Source of the DNA: Sphingomonadaceae bacterium
GTDB lineage: Bacteria > Pseudomonadota > Alphaproteobacteria > Sphingomonadales > Sphingomonadaceae
Direction of reading: 5' to 3'
NCBI GenBank assembly: GCA_016000085.1
Contig: JAECRT010000005.1
Coordinates: 47,493 to 111,492, forward strand
DNA: 64,000 nt
Position 1 is the stretch's first letter; the number at the start of each line of letters is the position of its first letter. A program made the position numbers and the translations under genes. The notes beneath the pieces were generated by a model, which was not told the origin of the DNA, did no database searches, and saw only the letters and a program-made list of their open reading frames with translations. Positions 48,765 to 57,732 of the stretch are shown here, piece by piece.

Positions 48765-51200
48765 TCACCCTTTGGTCGGCAAAGCCCAGGCGATCACCTG
48801 ATCCCCGATCGGCGTCTTCATGAAATGATGGCCGCCGGTCATCAGCACCACATATTGGCGGCCATCCTGCTCATAGACCATCGGTGTAGCCTGTCCGCCC
48901 GCCGGTAGCGCGGTCTGCCACAATATCTTGCCGGTCTTGAGATCGATCGCCTTGAACAAGTCGTCGGTGGCCGCAGCGATGAAGATGAGGCCGCCCGCCG
49001 TAACGACCGCGCCGCCATTATTGGGCGTGCCTATGGTGAAAGGCAGGTAGCTGGGAATACCGAACGGGCCGTTCTTGCGCGCGGAGCCGAACGGACGATC
49101 CCAGATCGTCTTGCCGGTGGCGATATCGATCGCCCGGATGCCGCCATAGGGAGGCTGTTTGCACAGCATCCCGGTGAACGGCATCTGCCATCCGGCATTC
49201 ACGTCGATCGCATAGGGGGTTTCGGCCTGGGGGTCGCCCGCGCCTTCGGCATGGGGCTTGCCGCCCCGGCTGGCGTTGCCGCCGCCGTCCGTCTTCCTTA
49301 CGTCCGATTTGGCCATGTCGGCCTTCTGCTCGCGGGTGAACCAGCCCTTCTTGTCGGCTTCGGCGCGGGGCACGAGGCGGACATAATTGGGCATGTCGTT
49401 ATAGTTGGCGACGATCACGCCACGCGCGGGATCGACGGCTACGCTGCCCCAGTCCGTGCCGCCATTATAGCCGGGATATTGGATCGAATGGCGATCCACT
49501 TCCGGCGGCGTGAAGAAGCCTTTGTAGCTCGCCCGACGGAAATTGATGCGGCAGATCATCTGGTCGATCGGCGACATACCCCACATGTCGGATTCGGTCA
49601 GCCGATCCTTGCGCAGCGTCTGCCAGAGCGAGACGATCTGCGTGGGCGCACGCTGTTCAGGTTCGACGCCGCCACCCGGCGCCTTGATCATTCCAATGGG
49701 CGTCAGCGGCTTGCCGGTCGCGCGGTCCAGCACATACATATCGCCCTGTTTGGACGACACCAGCAGGGCCGCCTTGCCCTTATAATCGATCAGGGTGGGC
49801 TGGCTGCCGAAGTCATAGTCCCAGACATCGTTCTTGACCGCCTGAAACGTCCAGCGCGGCTTGCCGGTCGTGACGTCCAGCGCCACGATGGAGGTGGCGA
49901 AGCTGTTTTCCAACGGCGAACGCATGGTGCTCCAATAATCGACCGTGCTGTTGCCCATCGGCAGATAGACCAGGCCCAACGCCTCGTCACCGCTCGCGAT
50001 CGTCCACATATTGGGCGTGCCGCGCGACCATTGCTGTCCTTCGGGCGGATAGGTGTTCCATTCGGGATGCTTCATGTCCCAGGCAAAGCGCAGCTTGCCA
50101 GTGACGGCGTCGAAGCCTTGGATCACGCCCGACGGTTCCCAGCGCTGTTGCCCGTCCAACGTCTGGTGCCCGGTGACGGCAATGCCGCGAATGATGACCG
50201 GGGGCGAATTGATCGAGACGAGCCCGGGAAATACGTGGCCCATGCCGATCTTGGCATCGACTTGGCCATTGGTGCCAAAATCAGAGCAGGGACGGCCGGT
50301 TTCAGCGTCGACCGCGATGAGGCGCGCATCCAGCGTCCCTTCGATCAGCCGCTTGGCGCAGAGCGATCCGGGCGCGGCATTCGGGACGGCATAATAGCTC
50401 ACCCCGCGGCAGGCCGCCGTATAGGGTATCCATTCATTCGGCACCTTGGGGTCGAAGCGCCAGCGTTCCTTGCCGGTCGCCGCGTCCAGCGAGATCATGA
50501 TATTCTTGGCGGAACAGAGATAGAGCGCGTTGCCCACCTTCAACGGCGTGGTTTCCGCGCCATATTGGGCCGCGGCGGCTGCATCGCTCGGCATGTCGCC
50601 GGTGTGCGCCAGCCAGACCTGTTTGAGTTGCGCGACATTGCCCGCATTAATCTGGGTCAGCGGCGAATAGCGCTGCGCCGCGCCAGTGCCACCATAAGCG
50701 GGCCAGTCGCTGCCAGCCGCCATGCCGGACGGGTCCATCATCCCCACAGAATTCTGTGCCGGGAGCGCAGCGACCGAGACGTCCCGCGTCCCCAGAATCG
50801 TGAACAATAGCGCCGTCGCCACGACCGTCACACCAACGCCGATGCCCGCAAACTTCCAGCGATTGGCCGCCCGCGTCAGCGTCGGCATCACCAGGAAGGT
50901 TGCGATAAGCAGCACGATCGGCGCGATGATGCGCGGCACCAATGCCCAGACCAGATTGCTGCTGGCATCGAAAAAGGCCCAAAGCAGCGTGACCGCCACA
51001 ACGGCAATGTAAACATGCGCGCCCAGCATTCGGCTGCGCATCAGCATTACCCCGGCGAAGAGCATCGCGATGCCCGCCAGCCCGTAATAGAGCGAGCCGC
51101 CCAGCGTCGCGAGCCATACGCCACCCCCGGTCAGAACAATGCCGATGGCGGCAATGATAAATCCCAGGAAGATGGCGGGCCAGCTACGAAATTTGGGCAA
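48765..51200 (-). CDS. Membrane-bound PQQ-dependent dehydrogenase, glucose/quinate/shikimate family
   Basis: Five N-terminal TM helices (LGGSLYY), RYSPLTQIN, ACRGVSY, TPNMW, WDYD..SQP, GG..WG, PPYG, LPAGGQATPM.Y. Confidence 0.92.
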   Translation of the reverse strand: MPKFRSWPAIFLGFIIAAIGIVLTGGGVWLATLGGSLYYGLAGIAMLFAGVMLMRSRMLGAHVYIAVVAVTLLWAFFDASSNLVWALVPRIIAPIVLLIATFLVMPTLTRAANRWKFAGIGVGVTVVATALLFTILGTRDVSVAALPAQNSVGMMDPSGMAAGSDWPAYGGTGAAQRYSPLTQINAGNVAQLKQVWLAHTGDMPSDAAAAAQYGAETTPLKVGNALYLCSAKNIMISLDAATGKERWRFDPKVPNEWIPYTAACRGVSYYAVPNAAPGSLCAKRLIEGTLDARLIAVDAETGRPCSDFGTNGQVDAKIGMGHVFPGLVSINSPPVIIRGIAVTGHQTLDGQQRWEPSGVIQGFDAVTGKLRFAWDMKHPEWNTYPPEGQQWSRGTPNMWTIASGDEALGLVYLPMGNSTVDYWSTMRSPLENSFATSIVALDVTTGKPRWTFQAVKNDVWDYDFGSQPTLIDYKGKAALLVSSKQGDMYVLDRATGKPLTPIGMIKAPGGGVEPEQRAPTQIVSLWQTLRKDRLTESDMWGMSPIDQMICRINFRRASYKGFFTPPEVDRHSIQYPGYNGGTDWGSVAVDPARGVIVANYNDMPNYVRLVPRAEADKKGWFTREQKADMAKSDVRKTDGGGNASRGGKPHAEGAGDPQAETPYAIDVNAGWQMPFTGMLCKQPPYGGIRAIDIATGKTIWDRPFGSARKNGPFGIPSYLPFTIGTPNNGGAVVTAGGLIFIAAATDDLFKAIDLKTGKILWQTALPAGGQATPMVYEQDGRQYVVLMTGGHHFMKTPIGDQVIAWALPTKG

Positions 51201-51352
51201 TGTCTATTCCTCGTCGGTCCAGTGATCGCAGCGTGACGATCGAGCGGGCAAATTTTGCCCGTTCGCATACTGAAGCGCCGAGGATTATTTCTGTTCCGAG
51301 TCTGGAATGAAACTTATTGTTTCCAATGTGGCGGCAGCGGGGTGATACCGCT

Positions 51353-51766
51353 TCAGACCGCCCGCAAGCGCACCAGCGGAGCGTCATATTCGACCAGTGC
51401 GCCGGGCAGCGCCATCACTTCGGTGACCATGGCCGGTCCTTCCGCATACAGGTCGATCGGTTCACCCAATAATTCGATGCGCGCGACGGCGTCACCCGCA
51501 GCGACGGCGCTGCCAATGGCGAGAGCCGACACGAACGAGGCGATGTGCGGGGCGGATACGAGATGTTCGGCAGCGGCGACCTGCACCGGGACGGCTGGTT
51601 GCGCGGGCGCGCGAGCCGGGGCCATTGGGGCACGGAGCGGGTTTGCGCCGCCCTCTGGCTTTGCCACGAACAGTTCGTAGTCGCCCAGGCGCAGATGCAC
51701 ATCGCCATAGCCGGACTGGCGAAACAGGCGCAGCAGCGCGCGGGTGTCGGTGATGATCGCGCTCAT
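51353..51766 (-). CDS. BCCP-like protein lacking the biotinylated lysine
   Basis: AccB-like N-terminus, Pro/Ala linker, V.APHI..F, V..GD....IE and G.LVEY..PL, but EAMKM is replaced by ELLGE. Confidence 0.7.
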   Translation of the reverse strand: MSAIITDTRALLRLFRQSGYGDVHLRLGDYELFVAKPEGGANPLRAPMAPARAPAQPAVPVQVAAAEHLVSAPHIASFVSALAIGSAVAAGDAVARIELLGEPIDLYAEGPAMVTEVMALPGALVEYDAPLVRLRAV

Positions 51767-53493
51767 GCCGCATCCTCCAGCATGGCCAGCAAGGCGGGCA
51801 GCACCGGTTCAGTGACGATCGTTTGCACACCCTGCGCGCGGGCGAGGCGCGCATTGTCAGGATTGGCGAGCGCCGATCCGCGCGCGGCCGCTGCGCCATG
51901 GAGCAGACCCGGCAGAGCGTCCGGTTCGCCACCCGCCCATTGGGCGTCGATATCCACGGCATTTTCGACGCCCGCCGCATCGGCAGGACGCAGGACGCGA
52001 ACGGGGCTACGTTCACGCGCCCACACGATAAGCTGGGCGAGGCGTGCGTCGCTGCCTTCGTCGGGCATTTCGACCGGGAGTTGTCCGGCATAGACGCGCC
52101 CGGTTTCGCCATCGACGGTGACGGTTTCGCCCGGCTTGGGGCCGGTGCCGCCATTGGCGCCAACCCCAACGACGCAGGGACGGCCAAGCGCGCGGCTGAC
52201 GACGGCGGCGTGCGAGGTGGAGCCGCCCTGTTCCGTCACCACGGCGCGCGCGGCGATCATGCCGTGAATGTCGTCAGGGCTGGTGGTGGCGCGGACCAGG
52301 ATGATGGCTTCGCCCGCCGCTGCGCGCCGTTCCGCTTCATCGGGATCGGTGACGACGATGCCGCAGGCGACCCCGGGGCAAGCGCCCTCCCCCTGCGCGA
52401 CGATCACCGCATCCTGCACATCGGAGCCAAGGCGCGGCAGCAGCAGCGCGCGGACCTGTTCCGGGCTGACGCGGGAGAGCGCCTGATCGATATCGATCAG
52501 CCCTTCGCCCACCATATCGACCGCCGCGCGAACGGCCGCGTCAGGCGCGCGCTTGGCGGAGCGGGATTGCAACAGATACAGCGTGCCGGTCTGCACGGTA
52601 AACTCGATGTCCTGAATGTCGCGATGTTCCTGTTCCAGCCGGGTGCAGGCGGCGAGCAACGCGGCGTGCGCTTCCGGATCGCGATCGTGCATGGCGTCCA
52701 GCCCAAGCGGCGTGAACTTGCCGGACACGACATCTTCACCCTGCGCGCGCGGCAAATATTCGCCATAGGGAAGCGGCTCGCCGGTCAGCGGATTGCGGCT
52801 GAAAAGAACGCCGGTGCCGCTGCGCTCGTCGAGATTGCCGAACACCATCGCCTGGATGGTGACGGCAGTACCCATGTCGTGCGGAATATTATTGTGGTCG
52901 CGATATTTCTTCGCGCGACGCGTGTTCCAGCTGTCGAACACGGCGCGGACCGCGCCGGTCAGGCATTCACGCGGGGTTGCCGGCACATTCACCGCCCCGC
53001 GCCAGTCGGCGGGAGGGCCGTCATGGTCCAGCTCGACCGGCGTCTTGAGCACGATCGCGGCATAGAGTTCCAGAAAACGGCGATGCGTGTCGCGGGCGAA
53101 ATCGGGCAGGCCGGATTCCGCCGCCAGCGCGGCTTCGGCGGCATCGTCCATGCCCAGGTTCAGCACCGTGTCCATCATGCCGGGCATGGAAATGGCGGCG
53201 CCTGAACGGACCGAGAGCAGCAGCGGCTTATCCTCGCCGCCGAAGGTGCGGCCGGTGGTCGTGTTGAGCCAGGCAAGGCCAGCCTCGATCTCATCCTCCA
53301 GCCCGTCGGGGAAATCGCCTTGTTCAAGATAGGCCAGACAGGCTTTCGTCGTGATGACGAAGGCAGGTGGGACCGGCAGGTCCATGCCGCGCATGCGCGC
53401 GATCGACCATGCCTTGCCGCCGATCAGGCTCTTGTCGGGCAAGGTCGACCCGTCAAGCCGGAGAGTCCATTGTGTCGCGGTCACGGGGGTCAT
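51763..53493 (-). CDS. Pyruvate-phosphate-dikinase-like protein (ATP-grasp + phospho-His domains; no C-terminal PEP/pyruvate barrel)
   Basis: GGKA, LPVPPAF.ITT, LLLSVRSGAAISMPGMMDTVLNLG, QAMVFGN, AQGEDVVSG, DIEFT, LLQSR, TEQGGSTSHAAVVSR; only 576 aa. Confidence 0.9.
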   Translation of the reverse strand: MTPVTATQWTLRLDGSTLPDKSLIGGKAWSIARMRGMDLPVPPAFVITTKACLAYLEQGDFPDGLEDEIEAGLAWLNTTTGRTFGGEDKPLLLSVRSGAAISMPGMMDTVLNLGMDDAAEAALAAESGLPDFARDTHRRFLELYAAIVLKTPVELDHDGPPADWRGAVNVPATPRECLTGAVRAVFDSWNTRRAKKYRDHNNIPHDMGTAVTIQAMVFGNLDERSGTGVLFSRNPLTGEPLPYGEYLPRAQGEDVVSGKFTPLGLDAMHDRDPEAHAALLAACTRLEQEHRDIQDIEFTVQTGTLYLLQSRSAKRAPDAAVRAAVDMVGEGLIDIDQALSRVSPEQVRALLLPRLGSDVQDAVIVAQGEGACPGVACGIVVTDPDEAERRAAAGEAIILVRATTSPDDIHGMIAARAVVTEQGGSTSHAAVVSRALGRPCVVGVGANGGTGPKPGETVTVDGETGRVYAGQLPVEMPDEGSDARLAQLIVWARERSPVRVLRPADAAGVENAVDIDAQWAGGEPDALPGLLHGAAAARGSALANPDNARLARAQGVQTIVTEPVLPALLAMLEDAA

Positions 53494-54095
53494 TCCTCCC
53501 GAACCCGCCCCATGATGCGGAGCAGATCCTCATGCAGTTCGAACCAGACGGTGTGATAGCTGTCGCGCCGGATGTCGCTGACCCACTCATGGTCGCCATC
53601 TTCCGCCGCTTCGAGCGCCGCGAGCAGCTTGTCGGCATAAAATGTGAGGCGCGGCCATTGGGCTGCCAGTGCCGCGAGGATCGGTTCCACCTGTTCATGA
53701 ACCTCCCCCAGCCGATCGATCACCGCTTCGTCATGGGCACGATCGCTATGATCGTTGGCGACCTTGTTGCCGCCGATGCTGATGGTCTGCCAGTCGGTAA
53801 TGACCTGCTTCAGACTCTTGTTGACGCGCTCGAACGCGAGATAGGCGGCTTCAAACCCCTTGTTCGCGCGCAATTCGGCAAAGTGCAGACCATAGCGCGC
53901 CTCCAGCGCGACACGGGTCAACGGCGCGAGGATGAACGCCCCGCTGGTGTCCACCACCCGCCCGCTCGCCACCGCATCGGCGAGCAAGGCCGATACGCGC
54001 GGCTCGGGCAGGCCGACCAGTTCCGCGATGGCGCGGGCACCAGCATGGCGCTTGATCGCCACGCCATGAAAAATAAGATCGCGTTCGTCGATCAT
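53490..54095 (-). CDS. Hypothetical protein with a wHTH-like N-terminus and SYHTVWFELHE motif (type found beside short ppdK genes)
   Basis: Translationally coupled on both sides; FERVNK.LKQ.ITDWQ, DSYHTVWFELHEDLL. Confidence 0.75.
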   Translation of the reverse strand: MIDERDLIFHGVAIKRHAGARAIAELVGLPEPRVSALLADAVASGRVVDTSGAFILAPLTRVALEARYGLHFAELRANKGFEAAYLAFERVNKSLKQVITDWQTISIGGNKVANDHSDRAHDEAVIDRLGEVHEQVEPILAALAAQWPRLTFYADKLLAALEAAEDGDHEWVSDIRRDSYHTVWFELHEDLLRIMGRVREE

Positions 54096-54841
54096 GCGGC
54101 CGCCTCCTCTTTCACGATGCGCCAGACGCGGCCGACCCGATCAATCCCCTGCTGATAATCCTCGGTGGTTTTCGCCGCCGCGCTCGCCTCGATCACCACC
54201 GTGTCGCCATCGGCGATACCGGCGATCTTCGCGTTCATGAGGCACGGGATATTATATTCGCGGGTCAGGATGCCGAGATGCGAGCGGACCGTGCCGCCAG
54301 CGCAGATGACGCCGGTAAACCGTTCGATGATGGGCGCGGTCAGCGTGCCACCCGAATCGTCGATCACCGCAATGATGCCCGCAGGCACGCCATTGGTGAG
54401 ATAGTCGAGCACCCGTTCGTTGGTGCGGATGAATCGGGCGATGCCGGTGACATCGCCATCGTGGCGCACGACATTGTCGCCAACCCCGGCGAGCGCACGA
54501 CCGTCCGCATCGGCTTCGCCCTGCGGCGCGTCCGGGTGGGAGAAGCTTTCGTCCACCTGCCCGCCGTCGCCGCGCGATTTATAGATTTCGGGGCGTTCCT
54601 GCGCCGAGATGCTGGCCGACCAGTCGAAGCGATGGCCGCTGGCGAGCAGGCGCCGTTCGACATCCTGCATATCCGCCGTGGTAATCGCCGCCTCGCTCAG
54701 GCGGAAGGCGGCCCAGTCCTGTCCCGATTGGGCGAACCGTTCGCGCAGCCGTTCCTGCACCAGGCTCAACGTCGCTTCGACCAGCGGAGAAGCCGGTGGC
54801 CGGCCCTTGCGCGCGATGTCGATGGGCAGTCCAGCCCCCAT
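54092..54841 (-). CDS. Stand-alone PEP-utilising enzyme mobile (phospho-His swivel) domain protein
   Basis: GVICAGGTVRSHLGILTREYNIPC..I.DGD.V. Start ATG 54841 has a GGAGAGAGG RBS; the ORF-track TTG 54910 coincides with a TTGACA -35. Confidence 0.85.
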   Translation of the reverse strand: MGAGLPIDIARKGRPPASPLVEATLSLVQERLRERFAQSGQDWAAFRLSEAAITTADMQDVERRLLASGHRFDWSASISAQERPEIYKSRGDGGQVDESFSHPDAPQGEADADGRALAGVGDNVVRHDGDVTGIARFIRTNERVLDYLTNGVPAGIIAVIDDSGGTLTAPIIERFTGVICAGGTVRSHLGILTREYNIPCLMNAKIAGIADGDTVVIEASAAAKTTEDYQQGIDRVGRVWRIVKEEAAA

Positions 54842-54904
54842 GCCTCTCTCCTGTATCAAACCGAGTCTTCGCTCGCCCTTCGATGTGCCGGGTCCGGCAT
54901 CGCC

Positions 54905-54969
54905 TGTCAAGCATCTGACAGATGAAATCGTAGGACGATATTGACGGAAACTTTCGACTCCATTAGCGT
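54905..54969. promoter_or_regulatory. Divergent promoter region with operator ATCGT-agg-ACGAT
   Basis: Minus-strand TTGACA at 54910-54905; operator at 54927-54939, identical to 42366-42378; plus-strand TTGACG (54941)-17 nt-TAGCGT (54964). Confidence 0.7.
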
Positions 54970-55027
54970 GGCATCCAAAGAAATATGCTTCCGGAGAGAA
55001 TGTGTGACGTCCAAACCGACCAACCCT

Positions 55028-55810
55028 ATGTCAAATCCCAGGGTGCTCATCGTCAACGATGACGGCATCGACGCCCCCGGCATCCTGCTGCTGGAGGAGG
55101 TTGTCCGCCAGTTCACCAATGATGTGTGGGTCGTCGCCCCGGACGAGGAACGGTCGGGCGCGGGCCATTCTCTGTCCCTGTCCTATCCGATCCGGGTGAA
55201 GCAGCGCGACGAACGGCATTTCGCGGTCAAGGGGACGCCAACCGACTGCGCGCTGCTGGGAGTTTATGAACTGTTGGGCGACCGGAAGCCCGATTTGCTG
55301 CTGTCGGGCATCAATCGCGGGCCGAATCTGGCCGAGGACGTCACCTATTCCGGCACTGCATCGGCCGCGATCGAAGGGGCGATGCTGGGCATTCCGTCGA
55401 TCGCGCTGAGCCAGATCTGGACCTACCAAACGCCGGTTCATTGGGACACGGCGCGGCATTATACGGCGCAGTTGCTGCCGCATCTACTGACACTGGAATG
55501 GAAGCAGGGCAGCTTCGTCAACATCAACTTCCCGCATTGTCCGCTGGAAGACGTGAGCGGCGTGCGTGTGACGACACAGGGCCTCCGGCCGCCCGGTTCC
55601 TTCCGTCCGATCGGCCGCATCGATGAGCGGCATGTGCCCTATTACTGGATCAAGATCGCCTTCCCCGACGGCGGGGCTGCCCAAGGCAATGACCTGGCCG
55701 CCGCGCGTGACAACGCGGTGTCGATTACGCCCATGCAACTCGACATGACCGCGCACGACCAGCTGGCCAGTTTTCGCGCGCTGTTCGAAACCGAACCGAT
55801 GCACGGATGA
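55028..55810 (+). CDS. surE: SurE-family phosphatase (5'/3'-nucleotidase)
   Basis: LIVNDDGIDAPGI, VVAP..ERSGAGHSL, GTPTDC, SGINRGPN, YSGT..AA.EG, VSITP. Confidence 0.92.
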   Translation: MSNPRVLIVNDDGIDAPGILLLEEVVRQFTNDVWVVAPDEERSGAGHSLSLSYPIRVKQRDERHFAVKGTPTDCALLGVYELLGDRKPDLLLSGINRGPNLAEDVTYSGTASAAIEGAMLGIPSIALSQIWTYQTPVHWDTARHYTAQLLPHLLTLEWKQGSFVNINFPHCPLEDVSGVRVTTQGLRPPGSFRPIGRIDERHVPYYWIKIAFPDGGAAQGNDLAAARDNAVSITPMQLDMTAHDQLASFRALFETEPMHG

Positions 55811-56481
55811 TCGCGATCCCTGCCCTTGGCGGGTCCGTCGGCACGACGGAAAAGGTCGCCGAAGCCATCCGATCAGGCATCCGCACCGGGCAGTTCGTGC
55901 CGGGCCAGCATCTGGTCGAGGCGGAACTGACGCTGCGGTTGCAGATCAGCCGGTCATCACTGCGCGAGGCGCTGAGGCATTTGAGTGGGGACGGAATCGT
56001 CGCCATCCATCGCTATCGCGGCGCCCATATCCATCGCCTCAGCCGCAAGGAGGTGCGCGATCTGCTGGAAGTGCTGGAACAGCTGGTGCGACTGGCCGCG
56101 CGCCGGGGGGCAGGATCGACGCGGGAGAAGCGCGACCTGATGGATGCCGCGCTGGAAGCGGCACGGCGGCATGATGAGGATGGCGGGCACCATCTTTATC
56201 TGTCGGTACGGCAGGCATTCTACGATGCACTGTTCGAAGTGGCGGACAATCAGGAACTGCCGCGCGTCACGCCGTTGCGGCGCGCAGACCTGTTCCGCGC
56301 CCAGATCCGCCCCTACCAGACGCGCGAGCAGCAGGAAGCGCATACGCAGGGTTATCGCCTGATCGCGCAGGCCGTGATCGGCGGCGATGTGGCGGCGGCG
56401 GAGGCAGCGGTCGGCGCTCTGTTCGCGCAAACCTATGCGATGGTGGAGACGTTGCCGGATATTGCGTTCGAGATGGAATAG
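55807..56481 (+). CDS. GntR (FCD) family transcriptional regulator, paralog of 45321..46058
   Basis: T.KVAEAI..GIRTG.FVPGQHL.E..LT.RL.ISR.SLRE and DLFRAQI are shared with the first copy. Confidence 0.9.
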   Translation: MIAIPALGGSVGTTEKVAEAIRSGIRTGQFVPGQHLVEAELTLRLQISRSSLREALRHLSGDGIVAIHRYRGAHIHRLSRKEVRDLLEVLEQLVRLAARRGAGSTREKRDLMDAALEAARRHDEDGGHHLYLSVRQAFYDALFEVADNQELPRVTPLRRADLFRAQIRPYQTREQQEAHTQGYRLIAQAVIGGDVAAAEAAVGALFAQTYAMVETLPDIAFEME

Positions 56482-56505
56482 GGAAAGCCCCCTCCCCGGC
56501 TTCGC

Positions 56506-57732
56506 TCATGATGCGGCCAATATCGTCACCGCCGACAGGCCGTCCTCTACGCCATAGAAGCCGCCGCTATTTTCGGCGAGCGCGATCCGTGCGCCCTCAA
56601 CCTGCCGTTTTCCGGCGTCATCGCGCAATTGCGTCACCAGTTCGTAAATCTGGCCCAGCCCCGTGGCGCCCAGCGGATGCCCTTTCGACACCAGCCCGCC
56701 CGATACATTGACCGGCACGCGCCCGCCCAGCGCGGTCACGCCCGCTTCCGCATCATGGCCAGCCTGCCCCGGCGCGCTCAGGCCCAGCGCCTCGACCTGC
56801 ACGATCTCGCCCGATGAACTGGCGTCATGCACTTCGGCTAGCTGGATATCGCGCGGGCCGACACCGGCCTTTTCATAAGCGCGGGCCGACACGATGCGGG
56901 TGACATGGGCGCTATAATCGTCAGGCGCGCGGTCGCTGCCGCTCTGCGATTCGGTGGCCAATATGCGGATGGCGCGGGCCTGCGGGAAACGCACAAGGAC
57001 GTCGCCCGCGCACAGGATGGCCGCCGCCGCGCCGTCGCTGATCGGCGCGCACATCGCCACGGTGAGCGGCCAGGATACGTTGGGGGCGGCCAGCACGTCG
57101 TCGATGCTCATCGCATTTTGATATTGGGACAGCGGGTTGAATTGGGAATGATAGTGATTCTTCGCCGACACCGCCGCAATCTGCCGCTGGGTCGCGCCAT
57201 AGGTCGCCATATAGAGCCGCGCCTGCGCGGCATAGGCGTCCATCATGATATTCGGTCCGGGACCGTCCAACCCTTCGGGTGCTGGCGCAAGCATACCTTG
57301 CGTAGCGTCGATATAGCGGCGCGCTTCGATGGCATCGAGAGGTTGCTGGAACACGGCGAAGCGCTTTGCCCGGTCCGTGCTGTAGAGCTTCTCCACACCC
57401 ACGACGAGCGCGACATCGGCCAGACCGGCGCGGATATAGTCGGCGGCAACGTGCAGGCCGATCGTCGCGCTGGCGCAGGCGGCCTCGACATGCAGCACGC
57501 GCACCCCCTGGATACCGAGGGGGCGCAGCGCATATTCGCCCGGTATCGACATTTCTCCGGCGAAGAAGCCCTGCACGACATTGGCGTAGATCGCCATGCC
57601 GAGGTCGCCCGCCTTGGCGCCAGCATCGCCCAGAGCCTGGGTCACGGCCTGTTGCGCCAGATCGGTGTGCGTGCGGTCCAGATGGCGGCCAAAAGGCGTC
57701 ATGCCGACGCCGATGACATGCACGTCGCGCAT
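56506..57732 (-). CDS. Thiolase, SCP2/lipid-transfer type
   Basis: [49 protein letters not shown]. Confidence 0.92.
   Translation of the reverse strand: MRDVHVIGVGMTPFGRHLDRTHTDLAQQAVTQALGDAGAKAGDLGMAIYANVVQGFFAGEMSIPGEYALRPLGIQGVRVLHVEAACASATIGLHVAADYIRAGLADVALVVGVEKLYSTDRAKRFAVFQQPLDAIEARRYIDATQGMLAPAPEGLDGPGPNIMMDAYAAQARLYMATYGATQRQIAAVSAKNHYHSQFNPLSQYQNAMSIDDVLAAPNVSWPLTVAMCAPISDGAAAAILCAGDVLVRFPQARAIRILATESQSGSDRAPDDYSAHVTRIVSARAYEKAGVGPRDIQLAEVHDASSSGEIVQVEALGLSAPGQAGHDAEAGVTALGGRVPVNVSGGLVSKGHPLGATGLGQIYELVTQLRDDAGKRQVEGARIALAENSGGFYGVEDGLSAVTILAAS

Noticed and set aside
51280-51325. AT-rich imperfect palindromes upstream of the membrane PQQ dehydrogenase
   Set aside because: They occur once and do not match the island operator, so I cannot assign a regulator.
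51763-53493. Reading the short PPDK as a pseudogene, or as an ordinary gluconeogenic ppdK
   Set aside because: The frame is intact, catalytic motifs are kept, it is coupled to both neighbours, and no barrel remnant follows in another frame. Without the barrel it cannot be a normal PPDK.
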